Assembly: GCA_963692865.2 (NCBI GenBank)
Contig: OY843592.1
Location: 1,280,001-1,344,000 of the forward strand
Reading direction: 5' to 3'
Origin: a bacterium
GTDB lineage: Bacteria; UBA8248
Length of the DNA: 64,000 nt
Below, piece by piece: positions 17,208-26,528 of this stretch. How positions within the stretch are numbered: position 1 is the stretch's first letter; each line of letters begins with the position of its first letter. Both the position numbers and the translations under genes were made by a program. The notes under the pieces were generated by a model. That model saw nothing but the letters and a program-made list of their open reading frames with translations, did no database searches and was not told the origin of the DNA.

Positions 17208-18266
17208 GTGAAAATCGGCATCATCGGCCCGGCCGCCGCGGGCAAGACGACGCTGTTCAACGCGCTCACGGGCGGCGCGGCCACAACGGGGGGGTACGGC
17301 GCGGCGCGGGTGAACGTAGGCGCGGCGGCGGTGGCGGACGAGCGTGTGGACGCCCTGAGCAATGTCTTCAAGCCGAAAAAGACGACTTATGCGGGCGTCA
17401 ACTTCGTGGATGCGCCGGGCGTGGGCGATGCAGGCGCTTCGCGGAACGCCGAGGCCATCCCGCAGGCGCTGGAGGGCGCGGACGCGCTCCTGGTCGTCGT
17501 GCGCGCCTTCGAGGACGCGGGCGTTCCGCATCCAAAGGAGAGTGTCGACCCCGCGCGCGATCTGGCGGACGTGCGCTTCGATCTTCTTCTGCGCGACCTC
17601 GCCGTCGTCGAGCGGCGGGTGGAGCGGCTCGAACGCCTGGTGAAACTGAAACGCGACCCCGCCGAAGCAGCCGAGTTCGCGCTCCTGGGCCGCATCCGAG
17701 AGGCGCTGGAGGACAGCCGTCCGGTCCGATCAATGGAGCTGGGTGAAGAAGAAACGCGTATTATTAAAGGCTTCGGCTTTCTCTCCGCCAAGCCGCTCCT
17801 CGTGGTCGTGAACGTCGACGAGGATCAGCTGGAGGAGGCGGACGCTTTCGCGAAGCTGAACGGCGAGACGCCCGTCGCCCTGGCCGCGAAGCTCGAAGAA
17901 GAACTCGCCCAACTGCCCGCTGATGAGAGGGCTGCGTTTCTCGCGGATTACGCGCTGGAATCCTCGGCGCTGGATAAGGTAATTCAGGCGTCGTTCAACC
18001 TGCTCAATCTCCGCTGTTTCTTCACCGTGGGGAAAGACGAGGTGCGCGCCTGGCCGGTCCGCGCGGGCACGGTCGCCCTCCACGCGGCGGGGACGATTCA
18101 TTCCGACTTGGAGCGCGGCTTCATCCGCGCGGAGGTGATATCGTTCCCCGACTTCATGGCGGCGGGCTCGCTCGCCGCGGCGCGGGAGAGGGGAACGCTC
18201 CGGCTCGAGGGCAAGGACTACGTCGTCAAGGACGGCGACATCTTCCACGTGCGGTTCAACGTGTAG
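17208..18266 (+). CDS. YchF-like P-loop NTPase with C-terminal DUF933/TGS domain (divergent)
   Basis: DERVDAL...PKKTTYA, FVDAPG, VVRAFED, AAGTIHSDLERGFIRAEV, EGKDYVVKDGD.FHVRFNV; atypical G1 GPAAAGKT. Confidence 0.88.
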   Translation: MKIGIIGPAAAGKTTLFNALTGGAATTGGYGAARVNVGAAAVADERVDALSNVFKPKKTTYAGVNFVDAPGVGDAGASRNAEAIPQALEGADALLVVVRAFEDAGVPHPKESVDPARDLADVRFDLLLRDLAVVERRVERLERLVKLKRDPAEAAEFALLGRIREALEDSRPVRSMELGEEETRIIKGFGFLSAKPLLVVVNVDEDQLEEADAFAKLNGETPVALAAKLEEELAQLPADERAAFLADYALESSALDKVIQASFNLLNLRCFFTVGKDEVRAWPVRAGTVALHAAGTIHSDLERGFIRAEVISFPDFMAAGSLAAARERGTLRLEGKDYVVKDGDIFHVRFNV

Positions 18267-18274
18267 CGGGTGGG

Positions 18275-18605
18275 GTTGTTGTAGGGGCGGACCCATGTGT
18301 CCGCCCGCCTTTCGTTTTGCCCGCGGATGAATCCATGCGAAGGCAAAAGGCGGGCGGTTCTCGAACCGCCCCTACGGGCGAAACCCGCAACCGCGGATTA
18401 CCGTCATTCCGGCGTCAACCACGACCAGGGCGGGAGAGAATGCGGAGTCCGCAAGCGGCGAGGGGCGATACGTCCAGGTATTTCATTCCGTCTTTGTCGA
18501 GGCATGAATCAAAGCGAAAAGTAAAAAATCAAAATGGATTCCGGCTTTCGCCGGAATGACGGAGGAGGGCGGTCCGCAGGGGGACAGGTCGCGACCTGTC
18601 CCTAC
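18275..18605. repeat. Intergenic repeat cluster between convergent genes
   Basis: GTAGGGGCGGACCCATGTGTCCGCCC, GGGCGGTTCTCGAACCGCCCCTAC, dRS3-like pair 18402-18561, GGGACAGGTCGCGACCTGTCCCTAC. Confidence 0.8.
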
Positions 18606-18609
18606 AGGC

Positions 18610-19707
18610 TCATCCCCTGGCCCCCTCCAAAGCCGCGAGGATTCTCTCCCTCGCCTCCCGGTGCTCCTCACATCCGACGACTTCGAGCATCTCCTTGCGC
18701 CAGTTCGGGCGGCAGTAGCTTTCCTTGAGCCTGCGTATCCGGTCCGATGACGCTTCTTCCTGCGCCGGGGATATGTCGCCGTCCCGGATGGCCCGCGCAA
18801 CCCCATCGACCGCTCGTTCCTGCGCGTCTTCTGAATGACAGATGAGGGCGATGTCGGCTCCTGCGAGGATGCTTTGAAGCGCGGCCTCTGCGGGGTCGTC
18901 TATCGCGCCCATGTCCAGATCGTCGGTGACGGCGACGCCCCGGAAGCCGAGTGCACCGCGCAGAATCTCCTGGAGAAAAATAGAGGACATGCTCGCGGGT
19001 GCCGTCTCGTCTATTGCTTCGAATACGGCGTGGGCCGCCATGACGCAGGCGGGAGGCGCGCGGCGGATGAGATGCCGGAAGGGCTCCAGTTCGCGCGCTC
19101 TCAAGTCATCGAGCGTGAGGCTGGAAGTCGGCAGCACGTCGTGGGGGTCAGGCGCCATGTCCCCGATGCCGGGGAAATGCTTGGCGCACGCGGCGACGCC
19201 CGTTTCTTGTAAGCCTTGCGCTGCGGCTTCGCCCATTCGAGCGACGACCTCTGGAGTCGCCCCGTATGCGCGATCGCCGATGACGGCGCACTCGGAGTTC
19301 GTGAGTATGTCCACGACGGGGGCGAAGTTCATATTCACGCCGACCGCTTCGAGTTCCGCCCCGGTGATCCTTGCTGCTTCCCGGGCGAGGGCGGGGCCGC
19401 CCGCGGCGCCGAATCCCCGCGCCGCCGGAAAGATCGTGAAGTCGGCAGACAGCCTGCTCACGCGCCCGCCTTCCTGATCTATTCCCACGAGGAGGGGAGC
19501 TTCGAGCGGGGAGGCGAGGGCGGCAGTTTGCAAGGAGGCGATGAGCGCCCCTGTCTGCGCGGCAGATTCGATGTTTCGCTGGAACAGGATGACGCCGCCG
19601 ATTCTGCCCGCGCGAACGCGCTTGATGAGAGAGGCCGGGGCGACCGTGCCCTCGAAACCGGCCATGATGCGCCGACCGGCCCGGACCTCGGGCGCCTGCT
19701 CGTTCAT
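18610..19707 (-). CDS. nagZ: Beta-N-acetylhexosaminidase (GH3)
   Basis: IDQEGGRVSRL, NFAPVVD, KHFPGIGDxxxDPH, TDDLDMGA. Confidence 0.92.
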   Translation of the reverse strand: MNEQAPEVRAGRRIMAGFEGTVAPASLIKRVRAGRIGGVILFQRNIESAAQTGALIASLQTAALASPLEAPLLVGIDQEGGRVSRLSADFTIFPAARGFGAAGGPALAREAARITGAELEAVGVNMNFAPVVDILTNSECAVIGDRAYGATPEVVARMGEAAAQGLQETGVAACAKHFPGIGDMAPDPHDVLPTSSLTLDDLRARELEPFRHLIRRAPPACVMAAHAVFEAIDETAPASMSSIFLQEILRGALGFRGVAVTDDLDMGAIDDPAEAALQSILAGADIALICHSEDAQERAVDGVARAIRDGDISPAQEEASSDRIRRLKESYCRPNWRKEMLEVVGCEEHREARERILAALEGARG

Positions 19708-19714
19708 TCGCGCC

Positions 19715-20407
19715 CTAGCCTTCGCGCATCCGCGTGATGACGAAAGGCTCCGCCATCGTTAGGCCCGCCGCACGGCCTGCGTCTTCGAGCCGCTGGTGGG
19801 CGCGCTTCTCGAAAGCCTCGGGGTTTTTGATCTGGCACTTGTGCGCGCACACCGCGCGGACTTTCACGTCGAAGGTCTCCGCGATGTCCACGAAAAAATT
19901 CGGCTCGCGCGTGTTGAGATAGAGGAGGTTCTTTGTGTGGTGCGCTTCTATCCCTGCGTAGGTGAGTTCGGGCAGGAAATGGTGGTCCCGCGCGTAGACC
20001 ACCGCCTTGAACGTGGCGTGGCCGATGGCCTGGTGGTCGGGGTGCTGGTAGTAGGTGCGCCAGGGGTCGTGGGTCAGGATGGTGTCGGGCTTGAAGTGGC
20101 GGATCAGGAAGGCGATCTGGTTCCTGAACGCGCGCGTGTCCTCGAGTTCCCCGTCGCGGTGGCGCAGGAAGATGGTCTCCTTGACGCCCAGTATGCGGGA
20201 GGCTTCGAGCTGTTCCGCCTCGCGTATCCCGGCGAGGTCGAAGGGGCTGACATCGTCCTTCGTGCCCTTGTCCCCGTTCGTGCAGACGACCGTCCGAACC
20301 GTCGCGCCCTCCCGCGTCCATCGGGCGATGCTGCCCCCCGCGGACAGTTCCGCATCGTCGGGGTGGGCGACGACGACGAGTATGTTTCTGAATTCCGTGT
20401 GACTCAA
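19715..20407 (-). CDS. PIG-L family N-acetylglucosaminyl deacetylase (MshB/BshB-like)
   Basis: AHPDDAEL, TNGDKG, REAEQ, HPDH. Confidence 0.9.
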   Translation of the reverse strand: MSHTEFRNILVVVAHPDDAELSAGGSIARWTREGATVRTVVCTNGDKGTKDDVSPFDLAGIREAEQLEASRILGVKETIFLRHRDGELEDTRAFRNQIAFLIRHFKPDTILTHDPWRTYYQHPDHQAIGHATFKAVVYARDHHFLPELTYAGIEAHHTKNLLYLNTREPNFFVDIAETFDVKVRAVCAHKCQIKNPEAFEKRAHQRLEDAGRAAGLTMAEPFVITRMREG

Positions 20408-20425
20408 TTCTGGTTCCTTCCGTGT

Positions 20426-21730
20426 TTATGAAGCGTGGGGTGAAGAAAGCGCGGCCCCCTGACGCAGGCGCGCCCAGATATCGAGTTCCGCCTCCGCAAC
20501 CCGCGCCCAGGCGAACGATTCCGCCCATTGGGTGGTTTTGCGGTTGGGGCGTTCGCAGGGTTTTTCCAGCAGTTGGAGCATCTTCCGCGCGTAGGCGTTC
20601 GTGTCGCCGTCCGCGATGAGGTGGCCGCTTTTGCCCTCGCGCACCGCTTGCGATATGCCGCCCACTTCGAAGGCCAGCGTGTTCAGCCCGCACGCGGCCG
20701 CCTCGACCGCCGTCATGCCGAAGCTCTCATAGCGCGAGGGCAGGGCGAAGACGTCGGCCGCGGAATAATAGAGCGGCAAATCTTCCTGCGGCTTGGCTCC
20801 TGTGAGGAGCAGGCTCTCCGCCACGCCGAGCCTTTGCGCGAGCTCTTCCAATCGCGCGACTTCGGCTCCCTGCGCGGGGGAGGCGAAATCCGCTGCGCGA
20901 TAGCCGTCATCGTCTCTCATCGCGCCCTCTCTTGTTTCGCCGCCAATGTGCAGGAGGCGCGCATCGAGTCCGGGGCGTTCCTTGCGCATGAGGGCGAAGG
21001 CCTCGACGAGGCGGTCGAGTCCCTTCACGCGCTCGATGCGGCCCACGCTCAGGACGTATGCGAGATCGGGCTCTAAGCCCAGCCGCGCGCGCGCCTCGCT
21101 CTTCGGATGGGGCCTGAACCGCTCCAGGTCCACACCGCAGGGGACGACGTGGACTTCCACCCCGCCCGATATCTCGTCAATCGCGCGCGCCTCGGCGGGC
21201 GATGAAGCGAGAAGCGCGTCCGCCGACCTCATGAGGCCGGGTTCGGTGCTGAGCCGCATGTCGGACTCGCGCCTGGTGTCTCCAGGGAGCGCGTCGTTCT
21301 TGAGGGCGGCCAGCGTGTGGAAGCGAATAGAGAGGGGAACGCCCCACGTTTTGGCGAGAATCTCGCCCGCAAGGCCCGAGAGCCAGTAGTGCGCGGAAAC
21401 GCCGTCGTAGGAGATTCCGTGTTCCTCCCCGAAGGCGAGAATGCCCTCGGCGAAGGCGTCCGCCCATTCGACTTGCGCGTCCTTGTCGAGTCTTTCTTGG
21501 GGCCCCGCCTCTATACGGATGAGGCGCGCGCCGTCGGCGATAAGGACTTCTCCCGCGGCCGAAGCCGATTCCAGGCGGGTGAAGACGTCCGCACGGACGC
21601 CCAGGCTCGCGAGCGCCTTCGCGATCTCGCGGGCGTAGACGTTCATCCCGCCCGTGAAGTCTCCTCCCAGGGGGGCGAGGGGGTCGGTGTGCATCGAGAG
21701 GATGGCGAGGCGGGGCGATTCCGTGCTCAT
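20426..21730 (-). CDS. GT4 glycosyltransferase, MshA-like
   Basis: SMHTDPL..LGGDFTGGMNVY, HYWLSG, FHTLA, GRIERVKG, PSRYESFG match D-inositol-3-phosphate glycosyltransferase-type motifs. Confidence 0.88.
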   Translation of the reverse strand: MSTESPRLAILSMHTDPLAPLGGDFTGGMNVYAREIAKALASLGVRADVFTRLESASAAGEVLIADGARLIRIEAGPQERLDKDAQVEWADAFAEGILAFGEEHGISYDGVSAHYWLSGLAGEILAKTWGVPLSIRFHTLAALKNDALPGDTRRESDMRLSTEPGLMRSADALLASSPAEARAIDEISGGVEVHVVPCGVDLERFRPHPKSEARARLGLEPDLAYVLSVGRIERVKGLDRLVEAFALMRKERPGLDARLLHIGGETREGAMRDDDGYRAADFASPAQGAEVARLEELAQRLGVAESLLLTGAKPQEDLPLYYSAADVFALPSRYESFGMTAVEAAACGLNTLAFEVGGISQAVREGKSGHLIADGDTNAYARKMLQLLEKPCERPNRKTTQWAESFAWARVAEAELDIWARLRQGAALSSPHAS

Positions 21731-22746
21731 CGCGCGCTCCTCTCGATCCGCACGCGCATCACGCGCTCCTCGCGCGCGCCGAAGCGGTACTTGTAGGCCT
21801 CATCGCCCCTCAAGAGGTCGAAGGACGCGCGGCCTGCCTGAATCGCTTCCTCCACGTTGTGGGCGAGCAGCACCAGGCCCGCGCTCAGTTCGTGCTCCAC
21901 AGGGTCGAAGCCCGAGTTGTAGAGATAGATTCTCTCGCCGTAGTCGAACGAGAGATTGGCAGCGACGGGATGGCCGTCCACGCGCATGACGCTCAATTCC
22001 AGACAGCCGAGTTCGAGCATCGCCCGGGTCATGTCCTCGAAGAATGATCTTCTGTCGGCGTTCCAGAAATCCGCCTTCTCCTGCTGGCTCAGCGCGTGGA
22101 GGGCGATGAAATCCTCCAGATCGGATGCGAGCGCGTCCGCCGACTCGGTCCGCTCGTATTCCAGCCCCGCCTCCATGTTGGCCTTGCGAATCTTGCGCCT
22201 CAGGTCGCGCTCGTCCCTGGGCGCGAGCATCCCGGTGTATTCATCCCACGAACCGGGAAGCGGGATGACGGGGCAGACTTCTTCTTCCGAGACCGAGGCG
22301 GCCCCTCCCGTCAACTCCTCGATAGCCGCGACCGTGGGGGAGGCTTCGGGAATCCCGCGCAGGGAGAGTTCGCGCCAACCAGGAGCGTCCGGCTCGTCGA
22401 GGGCGGCGAGAACCGCCCGCCAGCAGGCGAGGTGCGCTCCGTCCGCGGCGATGATGTCGAGGTAGTCCGAGAGGTCGTCCCCTCCCGTCAGGCGCAACCG
22501 CCCGCCCTCGCTCAGCACGAAGGGCGCCACGCCCGCGAGCGCGCCCGCCTCGTCGCGCAGGGCGTAGACGCGAAGCTCGCCCGCGCCGAAGTTCCGCCAC
22601 CACGCGGCGTGCCACGCGGGGTCGTAGAAAGGGTGCGCGTGGGCGGAGCGGGCCATCAGCGCGCGCCATTCGGCCTCTAAATCCGTGAACGCCTCGGGCG
22701 ACGTGAAGGCTTCTATCTGCAGCGAGGAGCATGAACTTTGCGACAT
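21727..22746 (-). CDS. GNAT-superfamily protein (CelD/BcsL, Acetyltransf_6-like)
   Basis: LSDYLD, LPGSWDEY, LYNSGFDP, FDLLRGDEAYKYRFGA. Confidence 0.88.
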   Translation of the reverse strand: MSQSSCSSLQIEAFTSPEAFTDLEAEWRALMARSAHAHPFYDPAWHAAWWRNFGAGELRVYALRDEAGALAGVAPFVLSEGGRLRLTGGDDLSDYLDIIAADGAHLACWRAVLAALDEPDAPGWRELSLRGIPEASPTVAAIEELTGGAASVSEEEVCPVIPLPGSWDEYTGMLAPRDERDLRRKIRKANMEAGLEYERTESADALASDLEDFIALHALSQQEKADFWNADRRSFFEDMTRAMLELGCLELSVMRVDGHPVAANLSFDYGERIYLYNSGFDPVEHELSAGLVLLAHNVEEAIQAGRASFDLLRGDEAYKYRFGAREERVMRVRIERSAR

Positions 22747-22797
22747 CGGGATTCCTTCGCATCCATCGCGCCTGTGGGCGCGCGTTGATTTCGTCCG

Positions 22798-23391
22798 CTA
22801 CGCGAGCTCCAGCCCGACGAACGTGGCCGTCGGGTGTCCCTCCAGGGGGTCAGAGAGGTCCGAGCGGCTGAAGACGAAAAACCGGTTGTGGTAGAGCGTC
22901 TGAAACTGGATGAAGCCCGCCTTGTCCACGCCGCGCCTGGAAGCCGTGTTGCCCGCCTCGACGAAGATGAGAGAGCGCGCGAGGCCCAGCTTTTCCCCGT
23001 ATTCCAGCGCGCGCCTCAGTACGGCGGGATAGAGGTTCCTCCCCCGCCAGGGCTCCAGGGTGAAGGCGTCGTATAGATAGATTTCCTTGGGTCCGGGCTT
23101 CACGGCCTTGTCGATCTCCTCCACGCCCACCACGCCGCGCGCGCCCCAGATGTAGCTCACCGCCTTGCCGTCCTCGAGCGCGACGAAACACTTCTCGCCC
23201 CGCTCGAAGCGCCTCCCCGTCAGGCGCTCGCCCTGCACGTCGGTGATGAGCCGGCGATTCTCCGACGCGCCGTCGAGGATGACGTGCTCCACCTCGATTC
23301 TCGCCTCGCTCGGCGGTACTGCTTCGGTGTGCGGGAAATCGTACAGGCAAAGCTCCACCGACGTGAGGAATATCGATTTCAGGAAATCCAA
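22798..23391 (-). CDS. GNAT family N-acetyltransferase
   Basis: LYDAFTLEPWRGRNL acetyl-CoA loop; NTASRRGVDKAGF. Confidence 0.85.
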   Translation of the reverse strand: MDFLKSIFLTSVELCLYDFPHTEAVPPSEARIEVEHVILDGASENRRLITDVQGERLTGRRFERGEKCFVALEDGKAVSYIWGARGVVGVEEIDKAVKPGPKEIYLYDAFTLEPWRGRNLYPAVLRRALEYGEKLGLARSLIFVEAGNTASRRGVDKAGFIQFQTLYHNRFFVFSRSDLSDPLEGHPTATFVGLELA

Positions 23392-23406
23392 AAGGGGATG
23401 ACTCCT

Positions 23407-24423
23407 TTATGCGAGAAACGCTTCGAGGAAAGGCTCGAGCAATGCGCGGAGGCGGGCCAGATCTCTCCTCTTTTCGAAATGCCCTAGCACCATCCTGGCG
23501 GTATGCGGAATGCTCGCCAGATAGCGATCCGCCCCCCGCGCCGTCTTCTGATAGGCGAAGGTGCCGATGGCCTTCAGGTTTCGCTGTATGGCTGTCCCGC
23601 GCAGGGCGCGTTCGTATTCTTCTTTATCCGAGAAGAGGCGGTGGCCGCAAGTCTCCCAGTAGCGGGCGATGAGGTAATACCGCGCGGAGTCCCCGAGGTC
23701 AACGTAGCTGTCATAGACCAAAGACGCCGGATCGTAGGTGGCCGGCCCCATGCGCGCGTCCTGAAAATCGATTGCGATCACCGCATCGTCCAGAACCATC
23801 AGGTTCCTGCCGTGGTAGTCGCGGTGCGTGAGGCGGAAGGGAATCCGGCAGATTTCCTCGCACAACGAGCGGAACGCCGCATCCAGCGCGCGCACATCCG
23901 TCTCCATCCCGAGGAGGCTCTCGAAGGCGTATTTTCGCGTGTGGTGGAGTTCGTTCGTGAAAAATTCGGCGTCGAAGCGCCGCGTGAGGGCGAGCCTGCC
24001 GCCCGCGGACGCGCTCGGAGCTTCCTGCATGGCGGCCATCATCTCCATGGCGGCGTCGTAATGCGGCCCTGCTTCCTCCCATCCGCCGCGCCGCCATGCG
24101 TCTTCGAGCGATTCATCGCCGCAGTCTTCCAGCAGGATGACGCCCGCCTCCCCGTCCACCCCGAAAATCTCGGGAACCCTGACGCCGATCTCCTTGAAAT
24201 GCGCCTGCACGTCGATGAAGGGGAGCGTCTCTCGGCTGAACGGCTCCGGGGTGATCATACCGACCGAACTTGGGCGTGCGCCCTCTGCGTGGATGAACCG
24301 GACGTAATCGCGCGTCGAGGCGTCGCCCGCAAGCGGGGTCATGTACGACACGCCGGCGCCGAAGCAATCGCGCGCCAGGGCCGTCAAGCGCTCGTGCGCC
24401 TGCTCGGTGAGGCTCGCCTTCAT
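23407..24423 (-). CDS. APH-family kinase, AmgK-like anomeric MurNAc/GlcNAc kinase
   Basis: LAGDASTRDY, LLEDCGD, THRDYHGRNLM, IDFQDARMGP..YD, QRNLKAIGTF; start placed at MKASL (4-nt overlap with the upstream gene). Confidence 0.85.
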   Translation of the reverse strand: MKASLTEQAHERLTALARDCFGAGVSYMTPLAGDASTRDYVRFIHAEGARPSSVGMITPEPFSRETLPFIDVQAHFKEIGVRVPEIFGVDGEAGVILLEDCGDESLEDAWRRGGWEEAGPHYDAAMEMMAAMQEAPSASAGGRLALTRRFDAEFFTNELHHTRKYAFESLLGMETDVRALDAAFRSLCEEICRIPFRLTHRDYHGRNLMVLDDAVIAIDFQDARMGPATYDPASLVYDSYVDLGDSARYYLIARYWETCGHRLFSDKEEYERALRGTAIQRNLKAIGTFAYQKTARGADRYLASIPHTARMVLGHFEKRRDLARLRALLEPFLEAFLA

Positions 24424-25271
24424 GCGGGACTCGGCTTGATCTGTGAGGTGAGCGCCCGCATGGCGCGTGTTGCGGCGGCCAGCGTCCTGGCGTAGGGCTC
24501 GTCTTTTCTTCTGAGTTCGAGCGCGAGCGATCCCGAATAGCCGCAGGCGTCGAGCGTCGTGAAGAAAGAAGGCCACTCGAACGCGCCCTCTCCGGGTATC
24601 AGGTGCGCGTCGCTTCGGCCGTCGTTGTCGTGCAGATGCGTCGCGGCGCAAAACGGCGCGAGGCGCTCGACCCCGCCCGGCGCGTTTTCCCCCTCGGTGA
24701 TGAGGGCGTGGCCGGTGTCGATGCAGGTTTTGAGCCTCGGGTGGCCGATGCGGGAGACGAAATCAGCCAGAGGTTCGGCGCGGCCCAGGGCGGAGGGGAT
24801 GTTCTCGATCGCGATGACGGCATCTGACTCATCCGCCACGGGGAGAAGCCGCGCGATGCTCGCTTCCAGCGCCTCGCAGGTGTCCTCATCTCCCGCTTCG
24901 CCCGGCGCGCTCGGGTGGATCACGGCGACCCTCGCGCCCAGGGGGCGGAAGGCGCGCAGGGCTTGAATCGTTTTATCGATCGCCGCCTCGCGGGCGTCCT
25001 TATCGGGAGCGGCGAGGGAGAGCCAGCGCCCTTGTCTCGCCTCGGCGAGATCCGCATAAAAAGGCGCATGGAAGGTGGATGTCGAGAGGGAGAGGTCGGA
25101 CACCCAGCCCTTGAGGTTTTCAAGTCTTTCCTTATCGTTCACGTCGAAATGGGGCGTCATCGCCCACAACTCGATTTTATCGAATCCGGCGTCGGCCGCT
25201 GCTCTTAAATGCTCGAAGCGGAGCGGTTCATAGGCGAACAGATGCGCAGATAGGGCGAGATCGGGTGTCAA
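24420..25271 (-). CDS. Sugar phosphate isomerase/epimerase (xylose isomerase-like TIM barrel)
   Basis: FHAPF, VIHP, AIENI, CIDTGHA, THLHDNDG..DAHL.PGEG, LEL; TTG start inferred. Confidence 0.85.
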   Translation of the reverse strand: MTPDLALSAHLFAYEPLRFEHLRAAADAGFDKIELWAMTPHFDVNDKERLENLKGWVSDLSLSTSTFHAPFYADLAEARQGRWLSLAAPDKDAREAAIDKTIQALRAFRPLGARVAVIHPSAPGEAGDEDTCEALEASIARLLPVADESDAVIAIENIPSALGRAEPLADFVSRIGHPRLKTCIDTGHALITEGENAPGGVERLAPFCAATHLHDNDGRSDAHLIPGEGAFEWPSFFTTLDACGYSGSLALELRRKDEPYARTLAAATRAMRALTSQIKPSPA

Positions 25272-25364
25272 GGGTTTTCCTTCGTTCAGGGGGCGGTGAA
25301 GCGCGCTTGATGGGAGCCGATTATACGCTCCCTGAGATGAGAGCGGCAACGCGGAGCCGGAGGC

Positions 25365-25525
25365 GGGGTTGTTGAGAAAGCCCGAAGAGGGAGAGTTTGC
25401 CGTCATTCCGGCTTTCGCCGGAATGACGGTGTTGGTCAGTTCCGAGCGACGCGGACTTTTTCAACAACCCCCTCAAGGGGGGAGTGAATTTCGGTGCGCT
25501 CCTTTTGGGCTTCTTCGACAACCTC
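25365..25525. mobile_element. Short MITE-like element with palindromic cargo
   Basis: GGGGTTGTTGAGAAAG ... CTTTTTCAACAACCCC (25365-25471) enclosing palindrome 25401-25428, followed by CCCCCTCAAGGGGGG. Confidence 0.65.
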
Positions 25526-25565
25526 ATGCGCGCTGTTCACAAGACGAAAAACCGCCTTGAGCCTG

Positions 25566-25612
25566 TTGACAAGGGGGCCTGCGGGCTGATACTGGTCATA
25601 CCATCTGACCAG
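25566..25612 (+). promoter_or_regulatory. Sigma70 promoter overlapped by a FadR/GntR-type operator
   Basis: TTGACA (25566)-16 nt-GATACT (25588); palindrome CTGGTCA-TACCATC-TGACCAG (25592-25612) containing TGGTCATACCA, upstream of a FadR-family gene. Confidence 0.75.
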
Positions 25613-25700
25613 GAAGTTTTCAGATTGATTAAACAGTGATTATCCCCGTGTGGTTTCACCTCTTCGCTCGGGATGGTTTGCGTCCCCAGGAGGCGGTTTC

Positions 25701-26435
25701 TTGCTCAGGCCGGTGAGAAAAACGAGGCTCTATGAAGACGTGGTGGAGCAGATCCAGCAGCTCATCCGCACGCGCAAGCTCACGCCCGGCGACAGGCTGC
25801 CCTCTGAGCGCGAACTCGCGGCGACGCTCGGCATCGGGCGGCCTTCGGTGCGCGAAGCCCTGCGCGCGCTCGACACCACGGGCCTCATCGAGGTGAGGAG
25901 CGGGCAGGGCGCTTTTCTCAGAAACCTCACGGTGGACCCTTATCTCGCCACGGTGCGCGAGAGCCTCGCGTTTCTGCTCGACGTGAAGGAAGACACCCTC
26001 CTCGAACTCTGGGAGGTGCGCCAGGGGCTGGAGGAGCAGATCGCGCGCCTGACGGCGGAGCGCAGAACCGAAGCGCAGATCGAAAGCCTGCGCGGCCATA
26101 CCGAGGAGATGCGAAAGCGCATCGACAGGCCCGAGGCCTTCGTGCGCGCGGGCGTCGCCTGGCACCGCGCGCTGTGCGAGGCGGCGGAGAACGCCGTCTT
26201 GCGGACGGTGTGGGAGGCCATCGCAGGGTTGATTGAGAAGAGCCAGCGCAAGATCATCGGAACGCCCGGCCAGCCGGACGAGGCGCTTCTTCAGCACGAG
26301 AAGCTGTTGGCTGCGGTCGAGGCGGGCGAGCCCGAATGCGCCGCGCTCGCCATGCGCGAGCACATGGCGGCCGAGGGCGCGCGGCTCAAAGAAGCGCTGG
26401 CCGTATCACGAAACGGAAGCAGGCTGCGCGTCTGA
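25701..26435 (+). CDS. FadR/GntR family transcriptional regulator
   Basis: PGDRLPSERELA..LGIGRPSVREAL HTH, FCD domain; TTG start after AGGAGG. Confidence 0.93.
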   Translation: MLRPVRKTRLYEDVVEQIQQLIRTRKLTPGDRLPSERELAATLGIGRPSVREALRALDTTGLIEVRSGQGAFLRNLTVDPYLATVRESLAFLLDVKEDTLLELWEVRQGLEEQIARLTAERRTEAQIESLRGHTEEMRKRIDRPEAFVRAGVAWHRALCEAAENAVLRTVWEAIAGLIEKSQRKIIGTPGQPDEALLQHEKLLAAVEAGEPECAALAMREHMAAEGARLKEALAVSRNGSRLRV

Positions 26436-26528
26436 GTGGGCGCGCTTTATGGTTGCCGGAACTACCGGATTTTTTTCGTGACGTTTTTTTGAACGCTTCA
26501 CCCCTTTTTCCGCATAGGAGGAATCTTG

